From Octopus bimaculoides (taxonomy: Eukaryota), in the NCBI RefSeq assembly GCF_001194135.2, contig NC_068981.1:114311605-114362781 (forward strand): a DNA stretch of 51,177 nt, given 5' to 3'. Below are positions 11,427 to 23,085 of the stretch, piece after piece. The stretch's first letter is position 1; each line of letters begins with the position of its first letter. Both the position numbers and the translations under genes were made by a program. Below the pieces are notes generated by a model that did not search any database, was not told the DNA's origin, and saw only the letters and a program-made list of their open reading frames with translations.

Positions 11427-12164
11427 GAGATAGATAGATTGAAATATAAGTCGTCGTGTGTGATCGGGTGAGATACTAACTGAAGAAAACGTATGCAGCA
11501 ACGACTACAAATAGAAATCCAAGTGAAAACTGTTTTAAGTAATAAAACAAAAGCGTCATATATGCGTGAGAGATGTGGGTGGATGTAATTGAGATGGTGA
11601 AACTATGAAATTAATATTATTATTGACACTTTGACTGACGTCGGTTCCTGACCAGCAAATTAACCCTTGATGATGAAAGAGTCGGGGAGCAGAAAAGCAG
11701 AAAAGGTGGACTTATGAGAGTTCACAGCAAATTAAGATGAAAATAACTTCCAGAAATGAAATGGTAATAATCGGTTTTATCTGTTATGTTATACATACAT
11801 AGATACATACATACATACATACATACATACATAAATGCATACATACATACATGCATGCATGCATGCAAATATATATATATTTGTGTGTAAATATACATAC
11901 ACACACACACATATATGTGTGTGTATGTATGTATATATATATATATATATTTACTCTATGCTTCGAATGACCAATTTTAAATAATATTGGAACCTACTCA
12001 CAAGGTACAAGAATCTTATATGTATACCATTCTGCCTAAATAATGGAACTGCAGATGCAATATCCCTGCATATCTCACGTCACTATTTTCATTCATCTAC
12101 TTCACTCTCTATTTCATATCTTATCTAGAATAACTATTGCTTAACCATTTTCTTNNNNNNNNNN

Positions 12165-12210
<46 letters not shown>

Positions 12211-12849
12211 TCACACACGCATGTACATATACATACAAACACACACACACATATATATATATGTCGATAAATATGTAAACATACATATATACAACACACG
12301 CATGCACACACATACACACGTATATATACTCACGCACGCAAAATTATGTTCATACTCGCATCTCTATATGCATATGCACATACATACGCGGATATACGAA
12401 ACGTAGTCTGTATTCACATGCACATACACACGAGGATAGACGGATATACAAATATGAGTTATATATGTACACAAATACACCCTCCTGTCTGTCAAACACA
12501 ACTAAACCTGCAGATATATAAACGTATATACATATATGTATGAAGGAAGGAGACAAGTACAACAGGTTGAGTTTTACACTCGTATATATATATATATATA
12601 TNNNNNNNNNNNNNNNNNNNNNNNNNNNNNNNNNNNNNNNNNNNNNNNNNNNNNNNNNNNNNNNNNNNNNNNNNNNNNNNNNNNNNNNNNNNNNNNNNNN
12701 NNNNNNNNNNNNNNNNNNNNNNNNNNNNNNNNNNNNNNNNNNNNNNNNNNNNNNNNNNNNNNNNNNNNNNNNNNNNNNNNNNNNNNNNNNNNNNNNNNNN
12801 NNNNNNNNNNNNNNNAATATAAAAAGCAGGTTCTATCTGTGATCTGGGG

Positions 12850-13590
12850 CGGGGTCCAAAAACGAAGCAATATTTTCCCATATGTGGACATATGGGAAAA
12901 TGCTCAGTTCTTGAATTTAGACAAGTAACGGGGTCTAAAGAACTTTTCCAGATGAGCCATCTTTCCATATCACAAAGACTGCACTTTTCACTGCCGTTGG
13001 TGTAAGGCTTACACTTGGCCAAGATCTTCCAGTGAATCTTATTGCTGACACCTTTTTCTTTTAAGGACCATATACAACTGGATAATTTGGTTGTTTTCCT
13101 TTTATCCCAGTGTCTGAAGCTTAAGGTGTCATTGTTGAACCTGGTCTTGAAATTTCCCTCTCTGAGACCCACATATTTCTTTGACGAAACTATGTCCTTA
13201 GTGGTTGTAGAGTGTACGGTGGCTTCATAAATGATGGCTTCGGTCATACAAGCTCCATTTAGCGGACACAATTTTTTAACACTGCAGGAACAGCCGGCTT
13301 CATTTTGTTGTTTTGCGTGTTGTGTGCAATTATATTTTTAAAGTTAGTAGTAGAACTAAAACTAATTTTTAGGTTATGCCTATTAAATAGCTTCCCAAAA
13401 TTATGATTGATTGGAAAATGCCTATCTATAAGTGATAAGAAATATCTACCTATATTAAAGGTCACTTCAGATAATTTTCCTATTCCTATATTTCCCTTTC
13501 GTTATTTCTGGACTAATAACAGGTGTATAGGTTATTTCCTGGCTAAAACCGCTATCTTGGAGTAATTTCCCTTTACTTAACGGTTTTTTC
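12850..13590 (-). mobile_element. Penelope-like element, 3' fragment with GIY-YIG endonuclease
   Basis: LQDSGFSQEITY..RNRKII*, then NIGRYFLSLIDRHFP..KLFNRHNLKISFS, then CPLNGACMTEAIIYEATV..KKYVGL..FKTRFNN..WKIL..CSLC..E..LI..CLNSRTE. These are typical PLE linker and GIY-YIG motifs. The 3' side runs into an N gap. Confidence 0.9.
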
Positions 13591-13610
13591 ATAGCGTTTA
13601 TGTTTGTCTT

Positions 13611-13655
13611 AATAACTGGTGAAATACTGGGGCGTTCGAAACTCTGAATTTTATT
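13611..13655 (+). ncRNA. degenerate minimal hammerhead motif (probable inverted pLTR piece)
   Basis: AATAA / CTGGTGA / ..GTTC / GAA / AC-TCTGA-AT / T / TTATT. Stem I is a perfect 5 bp. Deviations are A6 to G, a C-A mismatch in stem III and a weak stem II. Confidence 0.55.
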
Positions 13656-13693
13656 ATGACAATCAACTAATTGTTATATATTACATATATATA

Positions 13694-13726
<33 letters not shown>

Positions 13727-14171
13727 NNNNNNNNNNNNNNNNNNNNNNNNNNNNNNNNNNNNNNNNNNNNNNNNNNNNNNNNNNNNNNNNNNNNNNNNNN
13801 NNNNNNNNNNNNNNNNNNNNNNNNNNNNNNNNNNNNNNNNNNNNNNNNNNNNNNNNNNNNNNNNNNNNNNNNNNNNNNNNNNNNNNNNNNNNNNNNNNNN
13901 NNNNNNNNNNNNNNNNNNNNNNNNNNNNNNNNNNNNNNNNNNNNNNNNNNNNNNNNNNNNNNNNNNNNNNNNNNNNNNNNNNNNNNNNNNNNNNNNNNNN
14001 NNNNNNNNNNNNNNNNNNNNNNNNNNNNNNNNNNNNNNNNNNNNNNNNNNNNNNNNNNNNNNNNNNNNNNNNNNNNNNNNNNNNNNNNNNNNNNNNNNNN
14101 NNNNNNNNNNNNNNNNNNNNNNNNNNNNNNNNNNNNNNNNNNNNNNNNNNNNATATATATATATATATATA

Positions 14172-14510
14172 TATAAACGCAAGTTGTCTGTTTGGTTGTC
14201 TGTTTGTGTTAAGTTGCCGTCTACACCCGTTAACGAATTCCGTGAAACTTTGCAGACATGTTAAAGTAACATCCAGTTTGTTACTAGGCTCATTGAAGTT
14301 TAATAAAAATCTATAATTAGGTAGTTAGGGCCCCTAGAAGGTGTCCATATATATAGCCAATATATTTTCCTTTAACAGCCAAGGAAAATAACCCAATCGT
14401 TTTCCTTTGATCACTCTAAGCACTACCAAGCTCAAAGTTAATGGTCGAGTGATGGAAATCGACCACAGGTGGATCGTGCCCTACAACTCATTGTAATCTA
14501 AAACATTGCA
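14172..14510 (+). mobile_element. Helitron/Helentron-like non-autonomous fragment with a Rep remnant
   Basis: Starts at (TA)n with GTTGTCTGTTTGGTTGTCTGTTTG (DINE/HINE-like). It has a 10-bp hairpin at 14363-14372/14381-14390. 14455-14508 translates EIDHRWIVPYNSL*SKTL, matching the Helitron Rep motif DNRWIVPY.P.LSK.F. Confidence 0.55.
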
Positions 14511-14534
14511 ACTCTATAACAAAGTATTAAATAT

Positions 14535-15615
14535 GTGTGTTTAATCTGCGCCGATTTTCTGCCAATTCAAATGTTTTCCAATCTCTTATTCGTGACCTCC
14601 TTTATGCAGCTGACTGTAACTTAATAAATCATACAGTGGATGACATGCAAATATTTATGAATCATATTTCTGCTTCTTGCAAGGCATTTGGACTCCGCTT
14701 TAGCGTGGACAAGAGTGTTGTAATGTTCCAGCTTGCACCAGGAAATCCATATGTGGTTAGCCGGCCGTCTTCGTTGAAGGAACAATTCTGAAAGTTTGTC
14801 TACCTGGGCAGCGCACTCAACCGTACTTGCTTCCTGGATGATGAAATATCTTTGAGGCTGCAGAGAGCAACTGATTCCTTCCGGTCTCTACAGTTTCGTG
14901 TCTGGTCCCTGCTTGGCATCACAAAGCAAACAAAAATTGCTGTGTACCGTGCATGTATACTGATATCGCTCCTTTACTCATGTGAGACATGGACCCTTCA
15001 CAAATGTCATGTAAGGGTCCTTGAAAGCTTTCATTAGAGATGTCTCAGGTATATTCTGAATGTTGGCTGGAACTTAAAAACTCCAGACACACAGGTCCTG
15101 AGGACAGCTGATATCTTGAGTATTGAGGCGATGGTGCACAAGCACCAGTTACGTTGGACTGGACACCTGATAAGAATGAAGGATAGCAGGATTCTAACGC
15201 AGATGCTATATGGAGAACTTGTGAATGGAAAGAGATCCCGGCAGAAACGAAGACTGCGATTTAAGGACTGTGTCAAGTCTTCATTAAAGGCCTGTGATAT
15301 GCATGAGACTGACTGGGAGACCAATGCCTGTCATCGCCACAGATGGGGAAGCGGGTTATGGAGGAGGTCGACACTTATGAGAGAACACGTATTCTGCATG
15401 AAGAACTTAAGCGTGCTGCTCGAAAGCGCACTGCTGTAGTGAATGGGGAAAGCTTGGTTAGCAATATTTGCAGTTGTGTATTCTTGTCTATCAAGAGCAG
15501 GGCTCATTAGCTACCAACGGACCCGCAAATGCAAAATATAAGTTAGTCCTAGAGCGCACAATGTTCCTGATGGTCAACAATGGTCTTCCTCGATCACGAG
15601 TGAACGGCCATCGTG
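14535..15615 (+). mobile_element. RTE-BovB LINE, 3' part (5'-truncated)
   Basis: FNLRRF..IRDLLYAADC, VYRACILISLLYSCETWTL, HQLRWTGHLIRMKDSRI..MLYGEL, a degenerate C-terminal zinc finger and a BovB-like 3' tail. Confidence 0.92.
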
Positions 15616-16059
15616 TATATGTATGTATATATATGCATGTGTGTGTATGTGTTCGCACCATTTCTCCTTTTTCCTCTACCACTCTTTCAACATAAGCATC
15701 TTAGAAGACAGCTAGGTGTTCTTTTCTTCTACCTCTCTATAAACATAAGTATCTTAGAAGCTAGCTAGTTTCATTTCAATGGGGGGGGGGTTGTAGTTTT
15801 TAGGTTTTATTTTTCTTAGTCTGTAATTTTAAGCGTAGATCTTAAGTTTTAACTTTAAATTTTAAATTCAATTCTTAATCCTTTAGCCTATATCATTTAA
15901 TTGCTACTAAGCTTGAAATATAATTCTGAATATCTCTACTAACCACTATAATATTGTCTTTCGCAACCCCTATTTTACTGGAACTTTAACGTTTGACCTC
16001 TCACCCCGATGCAATCCTGACATATCTCTATCATTACCTTTTCTTTTATTTTATTTCTT

Positions 16060-16116
16060 CTTATTATTTCTTCTTCTTATTATTATTTCTTCTTCTTATT
16101 ATTATTATTTCTTCTT

Positions 16117-16147
<31 letters not shown>

Positions 16148-16283
16148 TTATTATTATTATTATTATTAGTAGTAGTAGTAGTAGTAGTAGTGGTAGTAGT
16201 AGTAGTAGTAGTAATATTTTACCCTTTTACCCCTATCTTATTTTTATTCCTTTCTCCTCTCTCTCTCTCTCTCCTCTCTCTCT

Positions 16284-16330
<47 letters not shown>
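16060..16330. repeat. compound (TTC)n-(TTA)n-(TAG)n and (CT)n microsatellites
   Basis: Read directly. Confidence 0.95.
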
Positions 16331-16331
<1 letters not shown>

Positions 16332-16652
16332 CTCTTTTCCATGTATAGCCACTCACAAACCCCATTTATGTCTATCTTACTTTCTCGCTCTATGTACACA
16401 TTCGCAATATGAATAAATCACTCAAAATACTGCCAGAATACCGCATGGATTTACGTGAGATTTGAATTAAGTGCCTGCACCGTCATGGAAGTACCGACCA
16501 ACATCCATATCCTCTGGAAAAAGATGAGTTGTGAACATTATTCTCCTGCCTCTATTCTTCTAACTGACTTTAGTCTTTGCTCTTCTATTTCATTCCTTAT
16601 AAACTGCGAATTTTATTGCTTGTAAACTGTAAATTTTCCCTGCCTAAAATAT

Positions 16653-16726
16653 TCTCTGATAACAGCGTGCTCCGTGTGTTGACATGCTAACCTGTCACTT
16701 GGTCTCTCTCAGAAACGGCTGTAAGA
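16653..16726 (+). ncRNA. degenerate hammerhead-like motif upstream of Penelope ORF
   Basis: TCT / CTGATAA (G8 to A) / long, poorly paired stem II with an inner TGACA/TGTCA hairpin / GAA / AC-GGCT-GT / A / AGA. Confidence 0.4.
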
Positions 16727-16959
16727 CTTTAAATTCACCTGACCCTAATTAGATTATTATAAATGGTTTGAGACCCTCATTCAGCCTTGGTTTTGAGTTT
16801 TCTTCTGATATAATATATACCCGCTATAACGAAACACTAATATGGATCCATAGATCCAACCTTAGTTGTGATCTTGGAACCTAACAGTCGACCAACTATA
16901 GCACTTGCTCAGCGTACCCATTCGTTTAGATCACAAGTGAATAAAACCCCGCATATTCT

Positions 16960-18900
16960 AAATTTATCTTGAGCCTACAGCCGAACGAAAAAATCTTATT
17001 CGACTTGGAAGCCAACTTTTGTCGAACAGCCTACCAACTCAAATGGCTCTCGGTGATAAAGAAGAACAACAACACAATCAGCAAATTTCCCACATACCAA
17101 CTAGACCAACCACTTCACCCACCCCTAACCAACCAAGAACTGAACCACAAACTATCCAAACTGAAACAGTCTATCTCCAAACTTGACAGTTTATCTCCAA
17201 ATAATACCAAACTTAACCAAGGCGCAACATAATACATTAACAAAACTAAGAAGCAAAAGCCTTATCTACTTACCATCAGATAAAGGGAAAGAAATCTGCG
17301 TGACTTTTTTCTGAAATATATGATAGATTGGCACTAGAACATTTACGCAATGACAGACTATATTCTGAAGCGACAGATACAACTGCGACCAGGATTGAGG
17401 ACCGAATTAACACTGCATAGACTGACATTTATAGACTGAGACAACTACATAGCAAATACAAGAGCAACTTCATCACAAGGAACAGTAGATTACCCAGATT
17501 CTATCACCCCATTAAAACACGCAAGGATAGCAATACGATCCAGATTAGACCCATCGTCTCCAGCATGGAAGGACCTCTATATAAAATATCCTGGCTACTT
17601 TCACACATCCTGAAACCCATACTCTCCAACTTTCCTGGGCACGTCAAGAACTCCGACGAAGTCATCTAAAGACTGCGCCAAATACGCCCAGACCAACTCA
17701 AGCAAAACAGATATGCCTTTAGTCTTGACGTTGTCTCAATGTACACAACGGTACCAGCACACTCGGCAGTCAACCTATTGACTGATTGCATAGTAGCGTC
17801 CGACATCCACTGCTTCGGACTTGCTGTAGCTGATATACATCAACTATTGCCCATCATCGTGGACAACACCTACTTCTCTTTCCATGATCACATATACAAA
17901 CAGACAATAGGTCTCCTCACGGGATCTAGTCTCTCGGGCCTACTAGCCATCACCTATATGAACCATCTGGAACGTCAAGCACTCAACTTCAGCCGCTCGT
18001 GCGCCTTCTTCACCAGGTACATAGATGACATCCTCATACTCACATCCTCCCGTACAGAGGCTGACAGAATATTCACGACGTTCAACAAGGACATGAACAT
18101 ACGGTTCACTACAGAACATCCCGACAACACTGGATTACTATCGCAACTTGACTTCCAATCGAAAGTAACAGAAGAAGGAGAGATCCATACCGAGTTCTGC
18201 AGCCAGTAGAGATATGTTTGTTCAGTTCAGCCCTTGTACAGTTCAGACCTTCCACTCGGTGTCAAAATAGAATACGCCAGAAATGAACTTGCACGCATCC
18301 AGAGCAAGTGCAGCAGGACAGAGAACAAGGTGACCCACACTACACGCTTCCTAAAGATACTGAAAACCAACGGGTACCCTATATCCATTGTAAATCGGCT
18401 TAAGTATCCAAGACGACAAACACGCCGACACACAGAAATCCCAGCAACACATGCTTCCTTAAAATACCCCATTTTAACGAGAGGATAACTACAGCCATCT
18501 GAAGAGCAATAAGAAGAGAAGGACTAGACATACAGCTAGCTCTCTCCGGTCCCTCTCTGAGAAGACACCTCGCAAAGAAACGAGCAAGGGACGGCAATCA
18601 ATGCACACTAGCAAACTGCTCCATCTGTGACACAGATTTATGCCAAGGGGTAAATGTTGTGTAACAAATGCAACAAGCTGTACGTGGGTGGCACACCAAG
18701 ACCGTTACCTATTCGCATCAAACAACATCTGAACACGAGAACCTCCTCCTTCAGAAAACGTCTAGACAGATGCTAGAACACCGACAAACGCATAACAGTC
18801 AAAAATTGAAGCCAATGAAAGAAATTTGGATAATCTAAGAATTAAGGAAGTTATCCTTATAGAAAGACTTAGGGCCCCAAATTAACAACAGGCTGGAGGT
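16960..18900 (+). mobile_element. Penelope-like element, near-complete RT plus GIY-YIG, disrupted
   Basis: SDKGKEICV, LPRFYHPIKTRK..IRPIVSS, AFSLDVVSMYTTVP, YKQTIGLLTGSSLSGLLA, RYIDD (18015-18029), NCSICDTDLC..NVV*..KCNKLYVGGTPRPLPIRIKQHL. Multiple stops and frameshifts. Confidence 0.93.
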
Positions 18901-19199
18901 TGGCAGTCAATATATTATTTAGCTACATCTAGATGCATGTAGATTCATTTCTGATAATATGCTCGTGTATTATTTAAAAAAAAAAGAAAGAAAGAAAAAG
19001 GAAGCTGCACATATAATACATAAATTAGAAACAGCGCTACGGATGTGCCAGCACACATGAGCTTTGAGACATGTCCGTCCTCACGCACTTCTCACGAGGA
19101 ATTCCAGAAGACGCTTCGTGAGACCACTGCAGAGACGCTTCCGGGGAAAAAAAACCCGTTGGAAAACCGATTATAGCAGTGACTCGATCAATTCGTAGG

Positions 19200-19241
19200 G
19201 ATATCTGATGAAGGAATTTTTGTATTTCAAAATATTATATC
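19200..19241 (+). ncRNA. minimal hammerhead in the 3' pLTR region of the Penelope element (G12 to A)
   Basis: GATAT / CTGATGA / A / GGAA-loop-TTTC / AAA (expected GAA; position 19229) / ATAT / T / ATATC. Stem I is a perfect 5 bp and stem III is palindromic. Confidence 0.7.
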
Positions 19242-19365
19242 AGACTATGGATTATTAAATTATAACAGTTATTATAGTCCTTTGTTGTTATTATAGTGCA
19301 TTGTTGTGCCATTCAAGACATTATATTTTACAAACAATACACAATGGAACAAGCGAACTACAATA

Positions 19366-19410
<45 letters not shown>

Positions 19411-19498
19411 GCATATATGTATATATATATGTATACATATACGTAAGTTTAATTACAATACATGGATCCAGCTAATCCTGTATGTATATATGTATATA

Positions 19499-19878
19499 GA
19501 CGCGGCCATGCCTTTGCAATCACATGGTTCCAGGTTGGATCCCACTGCATTGCACCTTGGGCAAGTGTCTTCTGATATAGCCTCAATCCGACCAAAGCCT
19601 TATGGGTAGATTTGGTAGTCGGAAAATGAAAGAATCCTGTCTTACATATATGTGTATGTGTGTGAGTGTCTTCGTGTCTGTGTTTGCCCACCACCACCGC
19701 TTGACAACTGGTGCTGGTGTGTTTATGTCCCCATAACTTAGCCGTCCGGCAAAGTTACTGATAGAAAAGTACCAGGCTTCAAAAACGTACTGGGGCATAT
19801 TTGTTCTCCCAAAATCCTTCATGGCGATGTCCCTGCTTGACTGCAGTCTTGTGACTGAAACAAGTAAAAAGATAAAAA
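19499..19878 (+). mobile_element. SINE family A, near full length
   Basis: Head CACATGGTTCCAGGTTGGATCCCACTGC..CTTGGGCAAGTGTCTTC, an internal TG-rich tract, and tail ..GACTGCAGTC..GACTGAAACAAGTAAAAAGATAAAAA. Confidence 0.88.
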
Positions 19879-19980
19879 NNNNNNNNNNTAATACCAGGGA
19901 ACAAGCACATTAAAAAAATCAAGGAGATTCAGAAAAAACATATTTCAGATCTCAAAGGATTCTTGTATATGTATATATAA

Positions 19981-20662
19981 AGGAACCACTAGGAGGACTG
20001 TTAACGTGCTAGAAGATCACATGTAATGTGTCTACTAAGACCGAATTGTTCTCAAAGGAAATTTAGCGAGGTAACAAAATCGTATCCGGGCAAGACAAGT
20101 GAAAATTACATAAATATCCGCAAACTAATTTCGAAATTAACACTTTCTTACCAAAAATATCTGTTTCTCATCAGTACAGACTGCCAAATAAATATAATTC
20201 TCAGAATCGTATACTAGTTGTTCCCCACGAATAAGGCACGTGCACATGGTTCTGTTAATTATATTTAAGGTAAGATTCAAAAATCTTCGTTTTGGCGCGC
20301 TAAATCCGGAAATATCTCTGCAGAAAATGGTTTCTGCATCGAATATACCAACTTTGAGAAGGTGGTTATGGTTAATTAAATTAAAACAGTAGGGTAAAAA
20401 ATTGGATATTAATATCAATTTAATACCAGGGAACCAGGGAACTAGTATACGATTCTGAGAATTGTATTTATTTGGCAGTCGGTAAGAAAGTGTTAATTTC
20501 GAAACTAGTTTGCGGATAACTTTGTATATATTTATGGAATTTTCACTTGTTTTGCGCGTGTACGTTTTTGTTACTTCGTTAAATTTCCTTTGAGAACAAT
20601 TCGGTCTTAGTAGACACATTACATGTGATCTTCTTTTAGCATATTAACAGTTCACCTAGTGG

Positions 20663-20668
<6 letters not shown>
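19981..20668. mobile_element. 688-bp foldback/MITE with ~230-bp imperfect TIRs
   Basis: About 19981-20220 matches the reverse complement of about 20440-20668, including the long exact run GAAGATCACATGTAATGTGTCTACTAAGACCGAATTGTTCTCAAAGGAAATTTA. The left arm has a 26-bp insertion. The ORF track shows the same peptide start (MCLLRPNCSQRKF) on both strands. Confidence 0.9.
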
Positions 20669-20716
<48 letters not shown>

Positions 20717-21157
20717 NNNNNNNNNNNNNNNNNNNNNNNNNNNNNNNNNNNNNNNNNNNNNNNNNNNNNNNNNNNNNNNNNNNNNNNNNNNNNNNNNNNN
20801 NNNNNNNNNNNNNNNNNNNNNNNNNNNNNNNNNNNNNNNNNNNNNNNNNNNNNNNNNNNNNNNNNNNNNNNNNNNNNNNNNNNNNNNNNNNNNNNNNNNN
20901 NNNNNNNNNNNNNNNNNNNNNNNNNNNNNNNNNNNNNNNNNNNNNNNNNNNNNNNNNNNNNNNNNNNNNNNNNNNNNNNNNNNNNNNNNNNNNNNNNNNN
21001 NNNNNNNNNNNNNNNNNNNNNNNNNNNNNNNNNNNNNNNNNNNNNNNNNNNNNNNNNNNNNNNNNNNNNNNNNNNNNNNNNNNNNNNNNNNNNNNNNNNN
21101 NNNNNNNNNNNNNNNNNNNNNNNNNNNNNNNNNNNNNNNNNNNNNNNNNNNNNNNNN

Positions 21158-21216
<59 letters not shown>

Positions 21217-21941
21217 GCGTTTGTGTGTGTGTATGTGTGCATATGCGTTTGTGTGTGTGTGTGCGCACACACTCATATATATAAATACGTATATATTTAT
21301 CTCTAAATAACTTTGCATATGTGCACTCGGAAAGGTCTATTATGGTCAATGTGGCAAAGGAGGAGGAAAAATCAAGTTACAATATGTAATTCATGTATAC
21401 ATAAATGAACATATATACGTCTTTTGTCCTAGCACACACGTGTGCGCGCGCACAAACACACATACATACATAAAATCATGAGCTCACACAAACACTCACT
21501 CACGTACACACACAAACATACACATATCCTTTTACCGGTGCGTGTAAATGCAGTTTAATCTATGTATATGTAAAGGCAGCATAATATATGCTATGTTTGA
21601 AATTGCAGCCAGAAAGTAAATTATACAATAATACAAGTATTCATATATTCTGCTAAAATGGTAGTGATATGATTTGGTTGATTTCTGTGATCATACATAG
21701 TTTTCCCCTTAATTATTAACTAATAAGGAGCAGTCTTTCACACATGAGTATATTTACCTCATTTTCTAGCACCTTCGATGATCAGTGGGAGGCAGGCAAA
21801 GAGAAAACTACAGAATTTCGTATTTAGACAGAGTGAAACTGTAGGACACTTTCACATTTGAGTACATATAGATTGCGAAAGAGTATGACGGAGAAAGACC
21901 ATTAAGCAGGCACACACGCACACACTCACACACACACACGC

Positions 21942-21998
<57 letters not shown>
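21942..21998. repeat. (AAT)19 microsatellite
   Basis: Read directly. It abuts the 5' end of a Dong-like LINE fragment. Confidence 0.97.
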
Positions 21999-23085
21999 TG
22001 GATCATTAAGTGCTTAGAGGTGTTTGGAATTGCGAGGAATGTAACGTGTTTCTTGAAGAGAAGTATGGTGGGATGGAAAACTGAACTGACATCTTACGGA
22101 AGAAGCTTGAGTACCCTGGGTATCAGAAGAGGGATTTTCCAGGGACATAACCTATCTCCGTTGCTTTTTGTTCTCTGCATGATAACCCTAACCTTGGTAC
22201 TTAGGAAAATGAACCTGGGGTACCAACTAAAGGAAAAATCCTAAACCATCAGCCACGTCCTCTTCATGGATGATTTGAAACTGTATGGCAAAGATGAGAC
22301 TCATGTGAGTTCCTTGGTAAACACGGTCCACTTTTCTAGTAACGATACTAGAATGAAATTTGGACTCAAGTGCGGAATAATCTACAAAAAAAGAGACAAG
22401 GTACTGTTCCTAGCAGGAATAGAATTACCGAATAGACACTTGATTAAACAAATTGAAACAGAAGGATACAAATACCTTAGTGTACTAGAGTTCAACAAGA
22501 TAATGGAGAAGGGAATGAAAGATAGAATATTTCCGTAGGTTAAGGTTGATGTTGCGCTCAAAATTGACTGGATGAAATAAAATCGAAGAAGTTAATACGT
22601 GAGCGGTAGCATCACTTCGGTATGGAGCAGGAATGGCAAACGAGAGAAATGAAGCAAATGAATACCAAGACCAGACAAATGTTAACAGTACATGGAGCCT
22701 TCCACCCTAAGAGTGACACCGATAGTTTGTACTTGTCCTGACAAAAGGGTGGGAGAGGTTTAATCAGTTTCCAGGACTGTATCGAAGCAGAGGAAAACAG
22801 TCTAGGGTGGTGTATAAAAAATGCCGTGTAGCCACTGTTGAAATACACGAAGAAGGCCGGCGTCATCAATACTGAAAATTGTGTAACTAAAGATAAATTT
22901 AAAGAAGAGATGAACCAAAATAAAAAAAAGAAAATGCATGGAAAGAAAAGAAAATGTACGGTCAGTTTGTAAGAGATGTATATGCCAATCACTTGCTTAC
23001 CATTAGTGCGGAAGCTGTTAACAGGAATGCTTTCAGAAAGCATTTACGAGCACCTTGACAACTAGAATTTACTGCTAGAAAAACC
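21999..23085 (+). mobile_element. R4/Dong-clade LINE fragment, copy 1 (RT C-terminal half)
   Basis: RGIFQGHNLSPLLFVLC, HVLFMDDLKLYGK, MKFGLKC, YKYLSVLE, GAFHPKSDTDSLYL. Confidence 0.9.

Noticed and set aside
19975-19995. Kolobok assignment for the 688-bp foldback (AGG terminus after TATAA)
   Set aside because: There is no TTAA duplication at the right end (CCT is followed by CTCT).
20153-20180. Minus-strand CTGATGA directly followed by GAAAC
   Set aside because: There is no stem II and no stem I or III pairing. It is probably coincidental within the 26-bp arm insertion.
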